Positions 48,801 through 57,764 of a DNA stretch of 57,764 nucleotides are shown here, piece after piece. Each line of letters starts with the position of its first letter. The stretch's first letter is position 1. A program made the position numbers and the translations under genes. The notes beneath the pieces were generated by a model. That model had not been told where the DNA came from and did no database searches. It saw nothing but the letters and a program-made list of their open reading frames with translations. The stretch is taken from contig WELA01002985.1 in the NCBI GenBank assembly GCA_009602735.1, positions 342,355 through 400,118 of the forward strand. The letters run 5' to 3'. The DNA is from Mesotaenium endlicherianum. Lineage: Eukaryota.

Positions 48801-50712
48801 CGACCCTGTCCTTTGCCGCCACTGCTGCTGCCGATGAGATTCTGATCTGGCTCAGCCTTGCAATTCCGATGGGGAGCCTGAGCATGCTGCCACAGGGTGC
48901 AAGAGGACGGCCAGCTCCAGAGGTCACTTGCTTAGTCTGGCCGGCGGCAGGCCCAGTGGTGGATGCGACTGCTGCCATCTCGGCTCTAGCTGGACAAGAA
49001 GCAGCTCGGAGGAATTGCAGGCCCAAGCCAGTCTTAGAATGAAGGCTAGAAGCCTCCAGTGTCGCATTTCTGGACGTCATATTCTCCTGGCCTGCTTGTC
49101 CTGCACCTAGCGCCTGGCTAATTCCCTGCTGGAGGCTTTCTGGGGATTCAAGGCCGGAAATTGCCGACCTGGCGGACTCAGAAGGTTCTAGTGTCGGCAG
49201 GATCCTGCCCTGTTGCTCCAATGTCGGAGCAGGCAAGGTGGCAGCATCCATACCCACTGCCTGGAAGTGTTTGTATTCAGTGCAGCTTTCTCTGTCCACT
49301 TGTGAGGAACTAAGTAGTTGCTGGATGGCTGGAGCTGCAGACAAGAAACCATCTAGGGAACAAGGCAACTGTGTGCCCGAGACAGAAATAGAGGGAATTA
49401 TGGTTGGTTCTAGCGCCTCTGAAGCTACGGCCTTGAGGGGCATGCCAGTGCCTTCTGAATCTGCACCACCTCGCATACTTCCTTGGCTGTCCCTTGGTTC
49501 TCTCTCGGCTGTCCCTTCCTCCTGGATCTGGATGGAAATTTGCTGCTTCATTTGATCTACGTGACAACACTCATCAACCAGTATATTGTCAACAAATGAC
49601 ATCTCCTCATCCATCTGCTGGACCTGAGCGTTGTCAATACTGCTGGATTGTAACGTATGCCCATCCAGAGCTGAGTATGGTGGAAGACAGATTGATGAAT
49701 GGAACACCTCCCGACGGTTTGAGCCTGGGTTGGTTCCATCACAGCAAGTCGCGACTTGGCTGCTGTGTGTAACTTTCTCCGCGTCGTCCCACCCACAAAG
49801 ACCCTCCTCTTGCTGGCATTCAAGTACAGCTTGCTCTATCTTTCTCCTCTTCAGAGGTTCTGATCTTACAGCCTGCAAAATACACAGAAGAGATGATTCA
49901 GGCACAATGCGTCAATACTGTCTTCAGGCACAATGCGTCAAAAGTTACCCAGACAAGCAGGCCACCTTTATTGCATCTGTTGCTCTACATTTCAAGGAGC
50001 AGGCCATTGCACCCCTGCCATTATGAAAGTATTGGAGCTGAATCAGAGTGTTGGGGTTGAATCGAAGAGTTGTCCTTGTATCATGAAATGTACGTATAAT
50101 GACGTTGCAGGAAAGGACCTGAGAATGGACTGAAGTTCTCCAATACTTGAACACTTTATGCAACTAGACCGCAGGCAGAAGGTTGTTTTACCTTCAGAAG
50201 CACATGTCTGTTGCAAGTGCTGTTTTGTGGACTTCCCTTATCATTTTGCAGAAACCTGCTGCTGAAGTCACTACTATTTTTGAATACGACAGAATCAGTT
50301 CCAATGATCTCAGATGTCACTGCCTCCCCAACCAGTACGCCTTCCCAGTACGACCCGTCCTCGTCACATCTGGAAGGCACACAAGTGATTCCTCACGTAA
50401 GTCAACAAGGTGTATTGACAAATGAAGGTTGTCAATGAGGGCTGCTTGTAACACATTAGATTTGACCAGATATTGGCTGCTTGGAAAGGTGAAGCCCTAG
50501 TCAGGAAGCACGAATCATCATTTTTCTGAAGGAATGCACTTAGTCGAAATGACCCAGGAAAATTGATGTTCTCAGACTAAAGAGGTGCTAGAAGCACTTG
50601 GCCAGGAGGAGTGCACTCTGACCCGAACTGAAAACTACCTGGGTTCACAAGAGCAAGCAGCGGATGCGTCTGCTTCAGTATAACCACGTGTCAATCTCCT
50701 CGAGCAAGACAT
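45824..50712 (-). CDS. Large low-complexity protein of unknown function (~1331 aa)
   Basis: Exons 50712-50639, 50369-50192, 49872-47812 and 47506-45824 join in frame through GT-AG introns. A/S/P/G-rich, with NLS-like PLKRRKI and no recognised domain. Confidence 0.7.
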
Positions 50713-52179
50713 GAATCTTAACCTCCTGGCTCTCTTGTAGGTCAGCTCCAGTTTCTGTTACGTGAGGTTTTCTTTGAGCTATCCCAATTATGTGCGCATA
50801 TGAGCTGGGCATGCTAGTACGCGTCGTTTTAAGGGCAGTTCTTTCGAAATTCCTTTAAATTGGCCGGATCCAGCCTGCTTGTGATTTCTGTGGCCCTGGT
50901 CAGTGTTTATCGAGTCATACTTGCTGTCCCAGTCAAGACATTGCTATGCGCACCTACTATGAAGCACATCACGAGACCTTCCGTCAAGGAAACAGGAGGT
51001 ACGTTGTTAAAACTGATCAGTATGACGTCTACACCTACAGTGCATCTTCTCACATGTATACCAGGCCACTGCAAACGGCGTCATGACTTATATAAGAACA
51101 ATGCGGTTGGGCTAGGAAACAGGAGAAGGAGTTGATGGAAGGTAAGATATATGAGAACATATACTTGTCGTTAATATTGAAATAAGCACATATGTACTCA
51201 AGTACAAGCTAATGCCCAAAATCAACATGTAGAACGAGACACATCCTAGCTCAAATTAAGCCAAGGAGCGGTGACCACTGTAGCCTGTGGTCTTCACTAT
51301 GTTAGAGTATCGCTCCGGTGTCAACGAGCGACATCGCGGTGTCCAGTCGTCTGCTCGAGACAAATTGGACATGCAGAGTTGGAGCTTGGGAGTGCTAGCA
51401 GTACAAGGACCGTAATTTGTCTCCGAAAAGAGCGAGCGAGGTCGATAACGCAGTGAGCACTGAGACAAAGGGAGCACGACCTCACTCAGGCCCACCCCGC
51501 TTCAACCCGAGCTTCAGAATCCTTCAGTTTCACACCAGACGGCGTGTTTGAACTTTGTAAGCGATGTTCATATATTTTGTGCCTGTTTGCGCGCATCACG
51601 TGCGAGTGTCGTGCAGACCGCTAACATAGAACTAAAACTTTTGCGTAGTATAATCTGAATCATTATGCATACCTGCGTAGCCTATGTTTTGCTGCTAACA
51701 TGGCCATCTATTAGGAACTGTAAATAGGCCCAAATCGAGAGAAGAACCTTGGGTGGTACAAAGCTTGAGACCTGTCCAAGTACAGTGCTACTCTGCAACT
51801 TGTCACCTACTCGCGTCGAGTAGCGCGGTAATGGGAGACATCAAGTACCTCTAAAACTTTAGTTTGTCTACAAACTCTGCTCTACAAGCTTAACGAGGTT
51901 GGACCGTGGACGTGTAGAAGCATGTAAACGAGAACTAACGTTGCCTTTCGCGAGCCTGCACAAAGATCTGCCATCCTTCAGAATAGCCTTGACTGACCTA
52001 GATTCGCGGACTCCGGATTCTTGGACCCTTCAGGCTTCCACTACAAAAAAGTGATCCAAAGTAACCCTGTGATTATCCAACCAGTCCGGTGGAAACATAG
52101 AGAGCTTGCCAATTGGAAGACCAAACTTCAAGGGACAACATGACAGCGTACTTCAGCCCTTTTCTGAAGGCCGGGAGAA

Positions 52180-52398
52180 GCCAGAAAAAGAGGTAAATCC
52201 TTGTGGCCCTGGGCCAACTCCGTTCACAGCGTGTTTAATGGGCTGCGTAACTCCTCTCACGACAAGGACTACCGCACTGTGCGAGCCTCGAGGCGGAAAG
52301 CGGACTCACAGGCTGTACTGATTAGGGTTCATATTGCCCTTGCTGACCGCAATAAGTGGTTTATTTATTGTCGGGCAAGCTGTTTTTCTTGGCGTTTC
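52180..52398 (-). ncRNA. Candidate structured ncRNA, telomerase-RNA-like
   Basis: TATATAT about 30 nt upstream (52428-52422), end-to-end pairing, several helices whose mismatches become G-U only on the minus strand, unpaired AACCCUAA (52329-52322) and a U5 run near the 3' end. Identity is inference. Confidence 0.4.
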
Positions 52399-54189
52399 AA
52401 ATCGAATCCGGAGTCCAGAGAATATATAGTCTTCTAATCGTATGGATAGATTATGTCGTTCTAGAAGCATAACCAAAAATTCTGGATATGATGCATAACG
52501 GCCCAAAGTGAAACGTATATTGTACTTTCATCAAACTATGTATTGCGCAAGTTTTCCAGTTCAACCTGGTCCGTGCAGGTCGTGCTTATTTCGTGCAAGC
52601 GTGCAGAAGCATGCGTGATAGATTTGAGCATATTCGGGTCGAAAATCTCCAGCATAGCTTACCTGAGAGTTTTGAAATTTGAGAGTCGAAAACTTGCCGT
52701 CGAGCCAGACCACATTCGGGAAGGGGGGTGGACCTTGTTGGTTGAGCCACTAGTCCTCGCAGCTGAACCATGCTTGCTTCGGTACTGCTTGTTTTGCAAG
52801 CTGTACCATAAAATGATGTGCTCTTTTTCGTTCCCTCGATCCCTCTCCCATGGGCCATCATCCATGCCCCCACGGTGTTCGAGCCTACATCCAGCCCCTA
52901 GCTACCAATCATCAATGCATGGTGCTAAAAGTGATTCATGAATGCGGCCAATCGGAAATGAATTACAATCAACAAAGAACCATATATACCAGATCAAAAC
53001 AGATACGACAAGCTGTAAGCGACGTTAAGCACAATCACTGCCTGTGGTCGTTTTAGTAGGTTCGTCATCTGATCTATTTGAAAATTAATGGCTCAGCCTG
53101 GGTCGGCCACAAGTAAATGAGTCATTTGGTGTTTGAAAGGATAACAGTAACGATCCCATTCAACGCTGATGACAGGACACGCATCAGTCATGTTCACACG
53201 TACTTGAGCTTGAACATCGGTAGTCAACACTTATCTACTTCATGCATAGATTCATGGCACTTGGCATGGTGTACAACCATGTACCACATTTTCAAGAAGG
53301 ATTGCATCAAGTGACGGATCGGAATGATGTTGTGGATGTTAGTGTATGCAAGAAAGTGGTAACAATAACCCTCATTTGCATCTTTATTAAAGTCACAATC
53401 ACAACGTAGCCGCGAGCGCAATGCTATGATAAGTGCAATAGGCGTAGGCTTTGTGCGTAAAGTGAAAGAACAAGACTACTTTGTGTAGGTAATGAATGAA
53501 TACATCTATTGAAGCTGCATTGCTTGAACTCAAGTGGTACTAGTAGCTTCTACGAGCAGAGGTGAAAGTTTGAAGAGAGACTTCTTTTGAATACGACGTC
53601 AGAGTTGAAAATGACCCCTATGATGCCTTACCTTGATAAAATCTTTTGTTCCGGATTGTCTTCATCACTCACATCCTTTCAAAAGGAGAAGAAAAACCAT
53701 ATATTTGTTGAAAGTCAATGAGCCAGCAACGAGCACTTTACTTTCGATTAATCTTGGCAACTTATACATCTGCTCGATAGGCATTATCTAGGTCATGCTC
53801 TGAACTAAATAATGCCCAAACGATTTCTATGATCATACACCGAAACACCTAAGTATGGCTTCACACCACACATGATGTGAGAGACTTACCAAGTCGAGGT
53901 CCACATGCCACCACTCCGACACTAAAGGAACAACTTTGGAAGCAACTCGAGTCACAAGCTAGGGAGCAACATGAGGCAATGGACTCCCATTGCGAAGCTT
54001 ATACTCTCACAAAAAATGGCAACCTCGGGGTCTCCAAACGGACAGCACCTCACTGGGTCTCCTTGGCTCATGTACAAAGGTGAAAAACAGGCGTTCACTT
54101 CGCTTTCCTAGACATCATGCAAAGAAATTTGAATCGTCATAGTGGAGCTAGCCCTTGCTCTTTTGCGAGGTACTCCATTACCACTGCAA

Positions 54190-57406
<3,217 letters not shown>

Positions 57407-57764
57407 CTGAGAGTGTGCGTATGGGTGTCTGTATCCGTGCGCATGCGTGTGCGTGTGCCTGCCTGCCTGCCTGCCTGCCTGCGTGCGCGCATGCGTGCGT
57501 GTGTGCGTTGGGAGGTAATACAAGGCCGTATGACCACAAGGCTGCCTGCGGACGATGCCAGCGAGGCTGAGAAGTGAGCAGAGGGCAGCCTGCTGTGCTC
57601 CCTCAGGCTCTTTGTGAAGGTTAGCGGTGCCGGCACAGCTCAGCGGGGTTGGTTTATTTGTCTTCTTCATTTTGTCAACTGCTTGCTTGCCACTCTCCCT
57701 CCACACCCCTTCACCTTTCCCCCCTTTCCCTCCCCCCCCCTCTACCCCCACTCCCCCTTCCCCC

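Noticed and set aside
40600..49600. Many overlapping antisense and alternate-frame ORFs
   Set aside because: Expected by-product of GC-rich coding sequence; no motifs.

Overview
Eukaryotic genomic DNA with GT-AG introns, most consistent with a green-lineage, probably streptophyte-algal, genome (plant-type METTL4, algal-type Aurora-like kinase, Met-tRNA-primed chromoviruses). Positions 1-2.2 kb hold the 3' exons of an LRR/FBD-like gene. Positions ~4.7-32.5 kb are a resolvable transposon nest. An old Ty1/copia element is split by a decayed Ty3/gypsy chromovirus (A). A's RT is split at one TTAA by two different piggyBac elements lying head-to-head (PB1 6627-9220, PB2 9225-22759), and A's integrase is split by another chromovirus (C, 23363-30047, minus strand). 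PB2 is itself interrupted by a younger A-family chromovirus (B, 10310-18820) and by a fragment of an apparently intron-containing tyrosine recombinase gene. Positions 35.9-57.4 kb hold three spliced host genes: an Aurora-like kinase, a ~1330-aa low-complexity protein and a METTL4-type MT-A70 methyltransferase. The best leads are: (1) a structured minus-strand ncRNA candidate at ~52180-52398 with a TATA box and an AACCCUAA stretch, resembling a telomerase RNA; (2) a conserved, apparently spliced extra ORF in the env position of chromovirus family A/B; (3) a shared Tudor/SH3-like N-terminal domain on both piggyBac transposases; (4) a Crypton/DUF3435-like recombinase fragment; (5) an elaborate -1 frameshift signal in B. 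All calls were made by eye; no database search or folding program was run.
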